DNA of 64,000 nucleotides, from positions 777,397-841,396 of the forward strand of contig OY970299.1 of the NCBI GenBank assembly GCA_963716225.1, read 5' to 3'. Of the stretch, positions 1 through 10,355 are shown piece by piece. Source of the stretch: an uncultured Verrucomicrobiae bacterium (lineage in GTDB: Bacteria > Acidobacteriota > Terriglobia > Terriglobales > Acidobacteriaceae). Every line of letters starts with the position of its first letter. Positions within the stretch are counted from its first letter, which is position 1. The notes under the pieces were generated by a model that was given only the letters and a program-made list of their open reading frames with translations, searched no databases and was not told where the DNA came from. Position numbers and translations under genes: made by a program.

Positions 1-2093
1 AATCCCTTCTCAGTCAGTAAGGTTCGCGCCGTCTCCAACGCCAGCCACGGGCATACAGCGCCGGCACCGTAGCCGATCAACACCGCCGCGTGATGCACGT
101 CGCGGCAATCTCCGGCTTCAGCGGCGAGGCCGCACAGCGTGCGCAATCCTGCCTCGACGAGCGCCTGATGCACAGAGCCGGTTGCCATCGCCATCGGCAC
201 CGGAATGCGCTCAGCGGATGCGGCACGGTCCGTGAGGACCAGCAGGCGCGCTCCATTGCGTACGAGTTCAACCGCACGCAGGCTCAGGTCATCGATCGCC
301 TGCTGCAAAGTCTTATCCGGCCCGAACACACACGCCAACTCTTCAACGCGCAGCTCCTTGGTGTGTGGATAGTTCCCCGTGCGCAGCGCGGCCATCTGGC
401 CCAGTGAAAGGAACGGCGACTCCATCGCGATGCCTGGCAGCGGCGCATGCTTGTCGAGCAGGTGCGGCCACGGGCCGAGCCTCGTGTGCAGGCTCACGAC
501 CACGGACTCACGCAATGAATCGATCGGCGGATTCGTCACCTGCGCGAAGCGCTGCCGGAAGAATGCATACAGCGGTCGCGGACTCTTTGCAAGAAATGCG
601 AGCGGCGTGTCATCGCCCATCGACCACACGGCATCTTTGCCGCTCGAGGCCATGGGCTTCAGGATCATATTGACGTCTTCCCTGGTGTACCCGAAACAGC
701 GCTGCAGGTCGGCGACATCTTCCGGTGCGGCGGCTGGCTCGACCGGAACCAGCGGCTGACCGCGGGTCAGCGCGACATACTCCTCGCGCGAGTCGAAGAC
801 GTCCATCATGTCTTCGTTGTGGTAGACCTTGCGCTCCGCCATATCCACGCCGAGCATTTGGCCCGGACCGAGACGTCCGCTCTCGATTACGGTCTCTGGG
901 TCGAGATCCACGAGGCCCGCCTCCGAGCCCGCAACAACGATGCCATCACTTGTGATCGCGTAGCGGCATGGCCGCAGACCATTGCGATCGAGTGCCGCGC
1001 CGACAACGATGCCGTCCGAGAAGGCGATTGCTGCCGGGCCATCCCACGGTTCGGCGCACTCGCGGTGGTATTCCAGAAACGGATGCACGCGCTTGGTCAC
1101 AGCAGGCGGCAGCAGCATGCGGACGCTCTCCGCGAGCGTGCGGCCGTTCTGGCTGAGCAGCTCAATCGCCTCATCGAGCGATGCGGAATCGGTTCCGCCA
1201 TCCGTGAGCACTGGCTTGCACTCAACGGGCAGTGTCGATCCGCGCGCCCTCATGCGCGCACGATTGCCCCAAACGGTGTTGATCTCGCCGTTGTGCGCGA
1301 GCTTGCGCGAAGGCTGCGCGCGATGCCACGTCGGCAGCGTGTTGGTTGCATAGCGCTGATGGAAGATCGTGAACGATGTGACGTAGTCGGCGGACGCGAG
1401 GTCGGGATAAAACTCCGGCAACAGACGCCCGAGGCACATCGCCTTGTACACAATCGTCTGCGCCGAGAGCGAGCAGATGTAGCCGCTCACTTCGCCGAGC
1501 TCGATGGCACGCTCAAACTGCTTGCGCGCGAGATAGAGTCGCCGCTCCATGGGGTCGAGGATCGCGTGCACCGCCGCATCGGCGACGAGCACCTGACGGA
1601 TCTTCGGCATGGTGGAGCGCGCGATTTCGCCGAGAATTTCGGGCCGCATGGGCACATCGCGCCAGCCCAGCACCTTCAGCTCCTGCGCACGCAGACTGCT
1701 CTCGAGGATCGCTTCCGCGCGCGTCTCCTCATGCGGCAGAAAGATCATGCCGACGCCAAGCAGCGCGCCATCTGCGAGTGCGATGCCGGTTGACTCGAGC
1801 AGCAGAGCGCGCGGCACATTTGTCATCAGGCCGACGCCGTCGCTCGAGGCGCCATCCGCCGCGACCGCACCGCGGTGCTCTAGACGAGCGAGCGCCGTCA
1901 GCGCGTCGTCCAGAATCCGGCGGCTCGGCTTGGCCAGCGCAGAGGCGACGAAGCCCACACCACAGGAGTCCTGGTCAAAGCGCGGATCGATCAGATTCGC
2001 CGTGTTCCCGAGAACGTCCGCCGCGGGCCGGACCGCAGGCATCGCATCTCCCGCCGAAAGACACTTTGGCCGCTGAGAAAAAACAAGGGGCAT
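1..2093 (-). CDS. gltB: Glutamate synthase large subunit, N-terminal part; runs off the left edge
   Basis: Manual translation gives FDQDSCGVGFVA and LEHRGA (class II glutamine amidotransferase domain), and GAGAVCPWLALET at the window edge. Start ATG 2093 or 2042. Confidence 0.95.
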   Translation of the reverse strand, partial: MPLVFSQRPKCLSAGDAMPAVRPAADVLGNTANLIDPRFDQDSCGVGFVASALAKPSRRILDDALTALARLEHRGAVAADGASSDGVGLMTNVPRALLLESTGIALADGALLGVGMIFLPHEETRAEAILESSLRAQELKVLGWRDVPMRPEILGEIARSTMPKIRQVLVADAAVHAILDPMERRLYLARKQFERAIELGEVSGYICSLSAQTIVYKAMCLGRLLPEFYPDLASADYVTSFTIFHQRYATNTLPTWHRAQPSRKLAHNGEINTVWGNRARMRARGSTLPVECKPVLTDGGTDSASLDEAIELLSQNGRTLAESVRMLLPPAVTKRVHPFLEYHRECAEPWDGPAAIAFSDGIVVGAALDRNGLRPCRYAITSDGIVVAGSEAGLVDLDPETVIESGRLGPGQMLGVDMAERKVYHNEDMMDVFDSREEYVALTRGQPLVPVEPAAAPEDVADLQRCFGYTREDVNMILKPMASSGKDAVWSMGDDTPLAFLAKSPRPLYAFFRQRFAQVTNPPIDSLRESVVVSLHTRLGPWPHLLDKHAPLPGIAMESPFLSLGQMAALRTGNYPHTKELRVEELACVFGPDKTLQQAIDDLSLRAVELVRNGARLLVLTDRAASAERIPVPMAMATGSVHQALVEAGLRTLCGLAAEAGDCRDVHHAAVLIGYGAGAVCPWLALETARTLLTEKG

Positions 2094-2176
2094 AGTTCAC
2101 TATACTTCCGTTGTTTGACTCGTGCGATGGCCGAGTCTGCGGAATTCGAGCAAAAAACTCCATTCCACGAGCTCGC

Positions 2177-2205
2177 TTGACATCTGAGCTGTGTATATTT
2201 ATACA
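2177..2205 (+). promoter_or_regulatory. Sigma70-type promoter of the arg operon
   Basis: TTGACA at 2177-2182, 17-bp spacer, TATACA at 2200-2205; overlapped by ARG boxes. Confidence 0.65.
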
Positions 2206-2228
2206 TTAATTGTGGATTTTTATGCATA
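2190..2228. promoter_or_regulatory. Tandem ARG boxes (ArgR operator)
   Basis: Cores TGTATATTTATACA (2192-2205) and TGGATTTTTATGCA (2213-2226) fit TGNATWWWWATNCA. The 21-bp period equals two 18-bp boxes 3 bp apart, upstream of argR. Confidence 0.85.
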
Positions 2229-2295
2229 CGGCGTGGCGCCCTAGCGTCGCGCCTTTTCCTGTGCCGAAGATCCGTTTTGAAGCGAAGCGGAGTGC

Positions 2296-2754
2296 ATGAA
2301 ACATCAGCGCCACAATGCGATCAGAGACCTCCTGGCTAAGGCCGCAGCCGGCAACGGAACGGCTGCGATCACTAATCAGGACGAACTCCGCCGCAAGCTC
2401 GCCGCGCGCGGCATTCACGTGACGCAGGCCACGCTCTCGCGCGACATCCGCGAGCTGAAGCTGCTGAAAGGACCTGCAGGGTACGAGCTGCCGGGTAATG
2501 CCGACGAAGAAGAGGACATGCCGGAGATCGGCGACGTGCTCCAGAACTTCTGTCTCGAAGTGCGTCAGGCGCAAAATCTGCTGATTGTCATGACGACCAT
2601 GGGCGGGGCGCAGCCCGTGGCGGCGTCGCTCGACTACGAGGAGTGGCCGGACGTGGTCGGAACAATCGCCGGCGACAACACCGTGCTCATCATCTGCCCG
2701 GACATGCGCCGCGGCGAACTGCTGAAGACGCGCATCGAGACCTTCATTGCCTGA
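2296..2754 (+). CDS. argR: Arginine repressor
   Basis: TQATLSRDIREL winged-helix motif and C-terminal GTIAGDNT. Confidence 0.95.
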   Translation: MKHQRHNAIRDLLAKAAAGNGTAAITNQDELRRKLAARGIHVTQATLSRDIRELKLLKGPAGYELPGNADEEEDMPEIGDVLQNFCLEVRQAQNLLIVMTTMGGAQPVAASLDYEEWPDVVGTIAGDNTVLIICPDMRRGELLKTRIETFIA

Positions 2755-3832
2755 CTCCTTTTCCAACTCGTTGCGTGTTGCCGTCGCGGGCGTTACCGGC
2801 TACGCCGGAGCGGAACTCGCACGCCTCCTGCTGCATCATCCGCGGCTTGCAGTCGCCCCACTCTTCCTCGGTCGCGAAGGCGCCGAAGAGACCCTACGCC
2901 TCACGCATATTCACCCGCAGCTTTCCGGCGCGCCGGGCGCAGATGCGGCCGAGGTCGTTCCCTTCTCCTGGGAGGCGATGGAGCGGAAGGGCATCAACAT
3001 TCTGTTCCTCGCTCTGCCGCACGAGCAGTCGCGCGAGGTTGCGCCTGCGGCTCTGAAGCGTCGTATTCGTGTGGTGGATCTCTCCGCTGCGTGGCGCCTG
3101 CAGCACGAGGCCAATCGCGCCATCTACAAATTGCAGGACGCGAATCCGGAGTGCGCGGCGAAGCTGCAGGCTGAAGCTGTGTATGGCTCGCCGGAGCTGC
3201 ACGCCGCTCAGATAAAGTCTGCCCGGCTGGTCGCGAACCCTGGCTGCTACGCGACGTGTGTCATTCTCGGCCTTGCGCCGCTCATGCGCGCCAACCTCAT
3301 CGACCTCGAAGTAGGGATCGTCGCCGATTCAAAGTCCGGCGTCTCCGGTGCCGGCAAGGCGCCGACACCCAGCACGCACTTCATGTACGCGGCCGACAAT
3401 CTCTCTGCCTATGCGGTCTATAACCACCGCCACACGGGAGAGTTGCTCGAACAGCTTCAACTCACGCGCGAGCAGATTCAGTTCACGCCTCATCTTCTTC
3501 CCATACCGCGCGGCATTCTTTCCACGCTTTACATCCGTCTAAACAAAGCGTGCGCCGTAGACGAGCTTCAGTCCTGCTTCGAGGAGTTCTACGCGAACGC
3601 CCCGCTCGTTCGTCTGCGCCGCTCGCCTGCTCTTCCCCAGATCCAGCACGTCGTGCGCACGAATTTCTGCGACGTCGGCTTCCATCTCGCAGGCGCCGCG
3701 GCAGGAGCGGAAGCTCAGCGTCGGCTCATTGTGATCTCGTGCCTGGACAATCTGCTGAAGGGCGCTGCCTCGCAGGCGGTCGAAAACATGAACCTGATGG
3801 CGGGGTTTCATCAGCAGGAGGGCCTGCTATGA
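2747..3832 (+). CDS. argC: N-acetyl-gamma-glutamyl-phosphate reductase
   Basis: GVTGYAG, NPGCYAT, SGVSGAG, DNLLKGAA motifs. Confidence 0.95.
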   Translation: MPDSFSNSLRVAVAGVTGYAGAELARLLLHHPRLAVAPLFLGREGAEETLRLTHIHPQLSGAPGADAAEVVPFSWEAMERKGINILFLALPHEQSREVAPAALKRRIRVVDLSAAWRLQHEANRAIYKLQDANPECAAKLQAEAVYGSPELHAAQIKSARLVANPGCYATCVILGLAPLMRANLIDLEVGIVADSKSGVSGAGKAPTPSTHFMYAADNLSAYAVYNHRHTGELLEQLQLTREQIQFTPHLLPIPRGILSTLYIRLNKACAVDELQSCFEEFYANAPLVRLRRSPALPQIQHVVRTNFCDVGFHLAGAAAGAEAQRRLIVISCLDNLLKGAASQAVENMNLMAGFHQQEGLL

Positions 3833-3878
3833 AGCGCCGCACCTCTTGCCTTGCGCATTTTGTTTCCGGAGTACGTTC

Positions 3879-4661
3879 ATGAAATTCGTTGTCAAAATCG
3901 GCGGAGCCGCCTTGGAAAAACCGGAGCTCCTCCATGCTTGCGCGCAGGCGATTGCCGATCTCGCGCGTAGCGGCCACCAGGTCGCGCTGGTCCACGGGGG
4001 CGGTGTGCAGCTCACGAAGGTGCTCGCACAGATGGGCAAGCAGTCCGAATTCGTGGCTGGCCTTCGCGTGACCGATGCCGAAACGCGCGACGCCGCGCTC
4101 ATGGTGCTGGGCGGTCGCGTGAACAAGTTGCTGGTTGCGGCCTTGACGCAACATGGCGTCTCGGCTGTCGGTCTCACAGGCGGCGATGCCCAGGTCTTCC
4201 GCGCGCGCAAGAAGAAGACAGAGCACGATCTAGGCTTTGTCGGCGAGATCGCCGCGACTGACCCCAAGTGGCTGCAGGCCATCTGGACCATGGGCGCGAT
4301 CCCGGTCATCTCCTCCATTGCGCTCGGTTTTGATGGCGAGTACTACAACATCAACGCCGACGAGATGGCGGCGGCCGCAGCTATCTCGACGAAAGCGGAC
4401 GCGCTCGTCTTCCTTACTGACGTTCCCGGTGTGAAGGGCGCGGACGGCGCTGTGATGCGCTGGCTATCACTCGCCCAGGTGCCCGCGCTCGAGAAGGCTG
4501 CTGTCCTCTCGGGCGGCATGCTGCCCAAACTCAACGCCTGCAAGGACGCCCTCACTCATGGAGTGAAACGCGTGCGCATTCTGCCGGCGGAATCCGCTGC
4601 GCTTCTCCCCGATTTTGCAAGCACACGCATCAACGATGGGACGGAGGTGATGGTCGCATGA
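3879..4661 (+). CDS. argB: Acetylglutamate kinase
   Basis: VVKIGG, VHGGG, GLRVTD, NINAD, GGMLPK motifs. Confidence 0.95.
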   Translation: MKFVVKIGGAALEKPELLHACAQAIADLARSGHQVALVHGGGVQLTKVLAQMGKQSEFVAGLRVTDAETRDAALMVLGGRVNKLLVAALTQHGVSAVGLTGGDAQVFRARKKKTEHDLGFVGEIAATDPKWLQAIWTMGAIPVISSIALGFDGEYYNINADEMAAAAAISTKADALVFLTDVPGVKGADGAVMRWLSLAQVPALEKAAVLSGGMLPKLNACKDALTHGVKRVRILPAESAALLPDFASTRINDGTEVMVA

Positions 4662-5911
4662 ACAACACATTGGATGAGCTCAAGGCCGCAGAATCCAAGC
4701 TGATGCTCAACACCTACGCGCGTTATCCCGTGCTTCTCACCCGCGGCCAGGGTGTGTTCGTATACAACGAGAACGGTACCGAGTATCTCGATCTGCTCTC
4801 GGGCATCGGCGTTTGCGCGCTCGGCTACAACCATCCCGCAATCACCGCCGCGATCAACTCGCAGGCGCAACGGCTCGTCCACACCAGCAACCTCTTCTAT
4901 CACCCGCACACGGCGGAGCTGGCTCTGCGCCTGACAGAGATCACCGGGCTCGATCGCGTCTTCCTCACCAACTCCGGCACCGAAGCCTGGGAAGCTGCGC
5001 TCAAGCTCGCCCGCGCGCATGCCGGACTTCTCCGCTCTGAAGGAAAGCGCATCGGCACGAAGTTCCTTGCGCTCGAGCACTCGTTTCACGGCCGCACGAT
5101 GGGATCCGTCGCCACCACAAGCAAAGCCGCATACCGTGAGCCGTTCCAGCCCGTCATGCCGAATGTCGAGTTCGTCCCGTTCAACGATCTCGCCGCGTTG
5201 CAAGCTGCATTCTCCACTGACGTCTGCGCCATCTGCATTGAGGTTGTGCAGGGTGAAGGCGGAATCAACCCCGTCTCGGCGGAGTTCCTCCGCGCCGCAC
5301 GCGCGCTGTGCGACTCCACCGGCGCGCTGCTGCTGTTCGACGAAATTCAATCCGGCATGGGGCGCACCGGAAAGTGGACCGCGTACCAGCACTACGACGT
5401 GATGCCCGACATTATGACCCTCGCCAAGCCGCTCGCCAGCGGAATCCCGATCGGGGCGATGGTCGCGAGCGAAGAGGCCGCGCGCGCCTTCACGCCTGGG
5501 ATGCACGGCACTACATTTGGCGGTAATCCGTTCGCTTGTGCGGTTGCGATTGCCGCGATCGACACGATAAAGCGCGAAAACCTGCTTGCCCACAACACCG
5601 AGCTGGGCGACTACTTCCTCGCGCAGCTTCGCGCGCTCGCCGCGAAACACACATCCATTAAGGAAGCACGCGGTCTCGGCCTGATGATCGGCCTGGAGCT
5701 TCACTCGGCCGAGCTCGCAAAGTCGCTGCATGAAGCGTTGATGCACAGGCATCACATCCTCCTCAACCGCACCCACGACACGGTGCTGCGCTTCCTTCCG
5801 CCGTACATCATCACGCGCGAGCACGTCGATCGCGCCACTTCCGCGCTCGATGAATTACTCACCGCGTACATCGCTCCCGAGCCGCAAACGGCTGAGGCCG
5901 CCGCAAAATAG
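4658..5911 (+). CDS. argD: Acetylornithine aminotransferase
   Basis: NSGTEA, FHGRT, FDEIQSGMGRTG, TLAKPL, HGTTFGGNP motifs; operon context. Confidence 0.93.
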   Translation: MNNTLDELKAAESKLMLNTYARYPVLLTRGQGVFVYNENGTEYLDLLSGIGVCALGYNHPAITAAINSQAQRLVHTSNLFYHPHTAELALRLTEITGLDRVFLTNSGTEAWEAALKLARAHAGLLRSEGKRIGTKFLALEHSFHGRTMGSVATTSKAAYREPFQPVMPNVEFVPFNDLAALQAAFSTDVCAICIEVVQGEGGINPVSAEFLRAARALCDSTGALLLFDEIQSGMGRTGKWTAYQHYDVMPDIMTLAKPLASGIPIGAMVASEEAARAFTPGMHGTTFGGNPFACAVAIAAIDTIKRENLLAHNTELGDYFLAQLRALAAKHTSIKEARGLGLMIGLELHSAELAKSLHEALMHRHHILLNRTHDTVLRFLPPYIITREHVDRATSALDELLTAYIAPEPQTAEAAAK

Positions 5912-5918
5912 GAATCGA

Positions 5919-6962
5919 ATGGACAGCAAAACGATCGTCATGAACCCAAGATCCAGACCGCTCGGCATCCAGTCCGACACCGCATTCACGGAGCTCGCCA
6001 AGGGCCTCGTGGGCCGCGACGTCGTATCGATGGCCGACCTCTCGCCGCAGGAGCTCGCCGCCATTCTTGAGCTGGCGCACGCCGTCAAAGCCAATCCCGA
6101 CGACTTCCGTCACGCGCTCGACGCCAAGCAGATGATCCTCATCTTCGAGAAGGCCTCGCTGCGCACGCGCGTCACGTTCGAAGCGGCTATCAATACGCTG
6201 GGCGGAAACGCGATCTTCTACGATCAGACCGACCAGCCGCTCGGCGAGCGCGAGTCCATCCCTGATGTCGCCCGCAACCTCGAGCGCTGGATGGACATCA
6301 TCGTCCTCCGCACCTTCGCGCACGAGACCATCACTGAAATGGCCGCGCACGCGAAGATCCCGGTCATCAACGCGCTCTCGGACCTTGAGCATCCGTGCCA
6401 GGCCGTCGCCGACTTCATGACTCTCGAAGAGCGCTTCGGCGCAGTCGACGGCCTGAAGTTCACCTACATCGGCGACGGTAACAACGTCTGCCACTCACTC
6501 ATGCTCGCCGGCGCTCTGCTTGGTTCACACGTTACCATCGCCACGCCGAAAGGCTTCGAGCCCAAGCTCGACATCATTCATAAGGCCATCGAGATCGCCG
6601 AGACCACCGGCGGCTCGCTTATCCTGACGCACGATCCGGTGAAAGCTGCGACGGGCGCCGACGCGATCTATACCGACGTCTGCGTCTCCATGGGCCAGGA
6701 GCACGAGGCCGCTCGCCGCGGATCGATCTTCATCCCGTTCCAGGTGAACGACGCGCTGATGTCTCACGCACAATCGGGCGCCGTCTTCATGCACTGCCTC
6801 CCCGCGCACCGCAACGCCGAAGTCACTGACTCGGTCCTCGACAGCGATCACTCCATCGTCTTCGACCAGGCCGAAAACCGCATGCACGCCCAAAAGGCAA
6901 TCACGCTTATGCTGCTCGGCGGCGCCAAGCGTTTGCCGAAGACACCGAACCGCCGCAGGTAA
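5919..6962 (+). CDS. argF: Ornithine carbamoyltransferase
   Basis: SLRTR, HPCQ, DxxxSMG, HCLP motifs. Confidence 0.92.
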   Translation: MDSKTIVMNPRSRPLGIQSDTAFTELAKGLVGRDVVSMADLSPQELAAILELAHAVKANPDDFRHALDAKQMILIFEKASLRTRVTFEAAINTLGGNAIFYDQTDQPLGERESIPDVARNLERWMDIIVLRTFAHETITEMAAHAKIPVINALSDLEHPCQAVADFMTLEERFGAVDGLKFTYIGDGNNVCHSLMLAGALLGSHVTIATPKGFEPKLDIIHKAIEIAETTGGSLILTHDPVKAATGADAIYTDVCVSMGQEHEAARRGSIFIPFQVNDALMSHAQSGAVFMHCLPAHRNAEVTDSVLDSDHSIVFDQAENRMHAQKAITLMLLGGAKRLPKTPNRRR

Positions 6963-6971
6963 CGCACGAAG

Positions 6972-8498
6972 ATGTCTAACTCGCAACAACCAACCAAGAT
7001 GTGGTCCGGCCGCTTCCGCGAGCCGCTCGACCGCACCTTCGAGCAGTGGCAGCGGAGCTTCCCCTTCGACTGGCGCCTGCTCCCTCACGAGGTCGCGGCC
7101 TCGCAGGCGCACGCACGGGCGCTCGCCGCAGCGGGAATCCTTAATGACGAGGAGCTCGAATCCATCCTCGGCGGCCTCACGCGGGTCGGCGAACGCATCG
7201 TGAACTGGTCGCATCGCATCTCCGCGACCTCGGGTCAAATCGACTACGAGACATCGAACGCGCAGATCGGCGCCGCGATCGTCGCCAGCGCCCCGCAGGC
7301 CGAGGACATCCACCACTTTGTTGAGCTCGAGCTCACTAAAGAGATCGGGGCGCTCGCCCTCAAACTCCACACCGGCCGCTCGCGCAACGAACAGATCGCG
7401 ACCGACATGCGTCTCTTTGTACGCGACGCGATCGGCGCCACGACCCGCGGCCTTATCGGTTGGCTCACAGCACTCCTCACGCAGGCTGAAGCACACATTG
7501 ACGACGTCATGCCGGGCTACACGCACCTCCAACGCGCCGAACCCGTCCTCCTCGCGCATTGGTTGTTGGCGTACGTTGCCATGCTGGAGCGCGACCTCTC
7601 GCGCTTCGCCGACGCCCGCGCTCGGATGAACTTCTGCCCGCTCGGCAGTGGAGCGATCGCCGGTGCGACGCTCGCGCTGGATCGCAACATTGCCAGCCAG
7701 GAACTCGGATTCATGGCGCCCACGCTCAACTCCATCGACGCGACTTCCGACCGCGACTTCATGCTCGACTTCGCTCAGGCTGCTTCGACGCTCGGCCTGC
7801 ACATCTCGCGCTTTGCCGAAGAGATCACCCTCTACGCAACCGCAGAATTTAATTTCATCGATCTCCCCGAAGCCTTCTCCACCGGCTCGTCCGCGATGCC
7901 GCAGAAGAAGAATCCCGACCTCACTGAGCTCGCTCGCGGAAAATCCGCCCGCCTCCTGGGTGCTGCGACTGCACTGGCAACGCTCATCAAAGGCCTGCCG
8001 CTCGCGTACAACAAAGATCTGCAGGAGGGCCAGGAGCAGATCTTCGACATCGCGGACACTCTCGCCGGCCTGCTAAGTGTGCTACCGAACTTTACACGCG
8101 CACTAAACTTCCGCACGCAAACCATGCAGCACGCCGCTGAAACCGGCTATCTCAATGCCATGGCCGCCGCCACCTACCTTTCGAACAAGGGCGTGCCCTT
8201 CCGCAATGCCCACGAGATCGTCGGGAACGCTGTCCGGATGGGGCTATTGAAAAATGAGAATAGCCGAGGAAACGAAAGCGTTGAACTCAATGCAATTCCG
8301 CTCGACGATCTCCGCACTCTGAGCCCCGAGTTCGGCGACGACTTTTTTGCGTTCATCACCCTCCGCTCCACGCTCGACTGCCACGACGTCGCAGGCGGTA
8401 CCGCATCTCACCGCGTTCGCGAAGCACTTCGCGCAGCAAAGACCCGCATCTCGCTTCTCGCATCTCGTACCTCGGACCCCGAATCAGCCAATGTCTAG
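6972..8498 (+). CDS. argH: Argininosuccinate lyase
   Basis: WSGRF, HTGRSRNEQ, GYTHLQRA, GSSAMPQKKNPD motifs. Confidence 0.96.
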   Translation: MSNSQQPTKMWSGRFREPLDRTFEQWQRSFPFDWRLLPHEVAASQAHARALAAAGILNDEELESILGGLTRVGERIVNWSHRISATSGQIDYETSNAQIGAAIVASAPQAEDIHHFVELELTKEIGALALKLHTGRSRNEQIATDMRLFVRDAIGATTRGLIGWLTALLTQAEAHIDDVMPGYTHLQRAEPVLLAHWLLAYVAMLERDLSRFADARARMNFCPLGSGAIAGATLALDRNIASQELGFMAPTLNSIDATSDRDFMLDFAQAASTLGLHISRFAEEITLYATAEFNFIDLPEAFSTGSSAMPQKKNPDLTELARGKSARLLGAATALATLIKGLPLAYNKDLQEGQEQIFDIADTLAGLLSVLPNFTRALNFRTQTMQHAAETGYLNAMAAATYLSNKGVPFRNAHEIVGNAVRMGLLKNENSRGNESVELNAIPLDDLRTLSPEFGDDFFAFITLRSTLDCHDVAGGTASHRVREALRAAKTRISLLASRTSDPESANV

Positions 8499-9123
8499 CG
8501 ACCTCATCACTCTCGATCTCGGCCCCTACGAGGCGCCCGCTGCGAGCGCCGCGCCCATTCGCGTCCAGAAAGCGCACCTGCAGGACGCGCGCAACATCTT
8601 CAACCTCGTCAACGCGCACTCGCACGACGGCACACTTCTGCGCCGCTCCTATGCGGAAATCTGCGAGAACGTGCGCGACTTCACTGTCGCCTATCGCAGC
8701 GTGGAGAATCCCGACACACACGAACTCGATGACGACTTCCTCGGCTGCGGCGCGCTGCACCTTTACGGTCCGCACCTCGCCGAGGTTCGCTCTATCGTCG
8801 TGCGTGAAGACCGTCGCGGCCTCGGCGCCGGCGATGCCGTCTTGGAAGCCCTCATCGCCGAAGCCGACGAGCACGAGGTCGCCAGCGTCTGCCTGTTCAC
8901 CCGCATCCCCGACTACTTCGAGCACCTCGGCTTCCGCGTGGCCGAGCGCGATGCGATGCCGGACAAAATTTACAAGGATTGCCAGACCTGCCCGCGACTT
9001 TACGCCTGCGACGAAGTCGCGATGGTGCGCGGTCCGCTGCCGAACATCGCAGTGCTCGGCCCCCGCGAGCCGCAATTGCCCGAGCTCGTGCAGATCAATC
9101 CGCTCGCGACCGGCACGCGCTAG
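8491..9123 (+). CDS. argA: Short GNAT N-acetylglutamate synthase
   Basis: GNAT fold with LAEVRS and KIYKDCQTCP...CDEVAM typical of short ArgA; last gene of the arg operon. Confidence 0.8.
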   Translation: MSSDLITLDLGPYEAPAASAAPIRVQKAHLQDARNIFNLVNAHSHDGTLLRRSYAEICENVRDFTVAYRSVENPDTHELDDDFLGCGALHLYGPHLAEVRSIVVREDRRGLGAGDAVLEALIAEADEHEVASVCLFTRIPDYFEHLGFRVAERDAMPDKIYKDCQTCPRLYACDEVAMVRGPLPNIAVLGPREPQLPELVQINPLATGTR

Positions 9124-9133
9124 CCGTGCGCGT

Positions 9134-9622
9134 TCACTTCCACTTCAGCCCACCGACCTCAAACACGAACTCCTGATCCACACCGAACATTGGTGGGCTA
9201 ACCCGCAGCTCCTTCGCATGCTGCATCTCTTTCAACAGCTTCTCCGGTTGCGGCAGAAACAGAATGCGCGTTCCTCCGCGATCATCATCGGTTCCCTCCA
9301 CCATCTGCGCCGGCCCGGCGTCCACCTTCAGCTTCGTCAAGCATCGCCCGCGCTGGCAGAAGAATGGATTGCCCTCCCATGACGGCAGGTGCAGATAGCC
9401 GTCGACATGCTTCTGCTCGCGCCGAAAGCAAAGCTCCGCCGCGTTATCGACGGAGCGCGCGCACGCCCACGAACTCGCGCCCTCTGTCTTGTACTCCCAG
9501 CTCGCAGCCGGTGTCGTCGGCTGCGCAGGCGTCGAATCATCCTCTTCCTGAATCACCACTCGCGGCCCCGCCTTGCACGCCGTCAGCAACAGCAGAAGCC
9601 CACTCAATACGACGGCTCTCAT
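9134..9622 (-). CDS. Hypothetical lipoprotein
   Basis: Signal peptide with lipobox LTAC. Confidence 0.65.
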   Translation of the reverse strand: MRAVVLSGLLLLLTACKAGPRVVIQEEDDSTPAQPTTPAASWEYKTEGASSWACARSVDNAAELCFRREQKHVDGYLHLPSWEGNPFFCQRGRCLTKLKVDAGPAQMVEGTDDDRGGTRILFLPQPEKLLKEMQHAKELRVSPPMFGVDQEFVFEVGGLKWK

Positions 9623-9656
9623 GCGCCGCAGTCTACCGCAATCTGGCGCTCGGATC

Positions 9657-10190
9657 TTACTGTGCTGCCTTCTGCGCTTTCTTGATTAGCCGCTGCGCTT
9701 CGTCAGTGCCCTTCGTACCCAGCAACTGATACTTCTTGCCCTCCTGGTCGTGATAGTTCACGAAGAATTGCTCCACCTCATCTATCCACTTAGCAGGAAG
9801 ATCATTCAGTTTCTTGACGTTTGCGTACTCGTGCGACTCCTCACAGACGACCACGAGGCGGTCGTTCCTGCGTCTTCTTCTTGCCCTCAACCTGTTGCCC
9901 TTCGATCACGCCGATCAGCCGGCCCTTCACCGGATCCCGGGGAACGCGGGCTCATCCATCAGCAGCAGCACGTCGATCGGGTCGCCATCGTCCGCCTTCG
10001 TCTGCGGCAGAAATCCAAAGTTATACGGAAACGACATGCCGGCCGGCAGCGTCTTCTTGTGAGCGAAGATTCCCTGCTCCTCGTCGAAGCTGAATTTGTT
10101 GCGACAGCCCGCCGGCGTCTCAATGATCACCTGCACAATATCGCCTTTCTCTACCGGGTTCAGCTTCACCGGATTCCGCAGCGATTTCAT
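9657..10190 (-). CDS. ppa: Family I inorganic pyrophosphatase, two frameshifts near 9930 and 9870
   Basis: IETP, PYNFGFLPQT, DGDPIDV, NDRL, FFVNYH motifs spread over three frames. Confidence 0.85.
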
Positions 10191-10355
10191 CGTTTGCTCC
10201 TCGTTCTGCTTTCTACGCACGCCACACGCGCAACTGCATCCCTGCACTGAGATGCAAACAACCCCTGCCGGTGCACCAGTTTGCCTGAAAAATCGCACCT
10301 TGCAGCGCACCGGCTCATAGGCGCAACCTGCGCGCCCCACTGCTAAAATGGACCT

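Noticed and set aside
5919-6962. ArgF' (acetyl/succinyl-ornithine transcarbamylase) suggested by SLRT
   Set aside because: The SMG ornithine-binding loop and HCLP are retained, fitting an ordinary OTCase.
8242-8265. GGCTATT-N10-AATAGCC hairpin and AT-rich patch inside argH
   Set aside because: The frame is intact and the stem is short; probably a variable loop.
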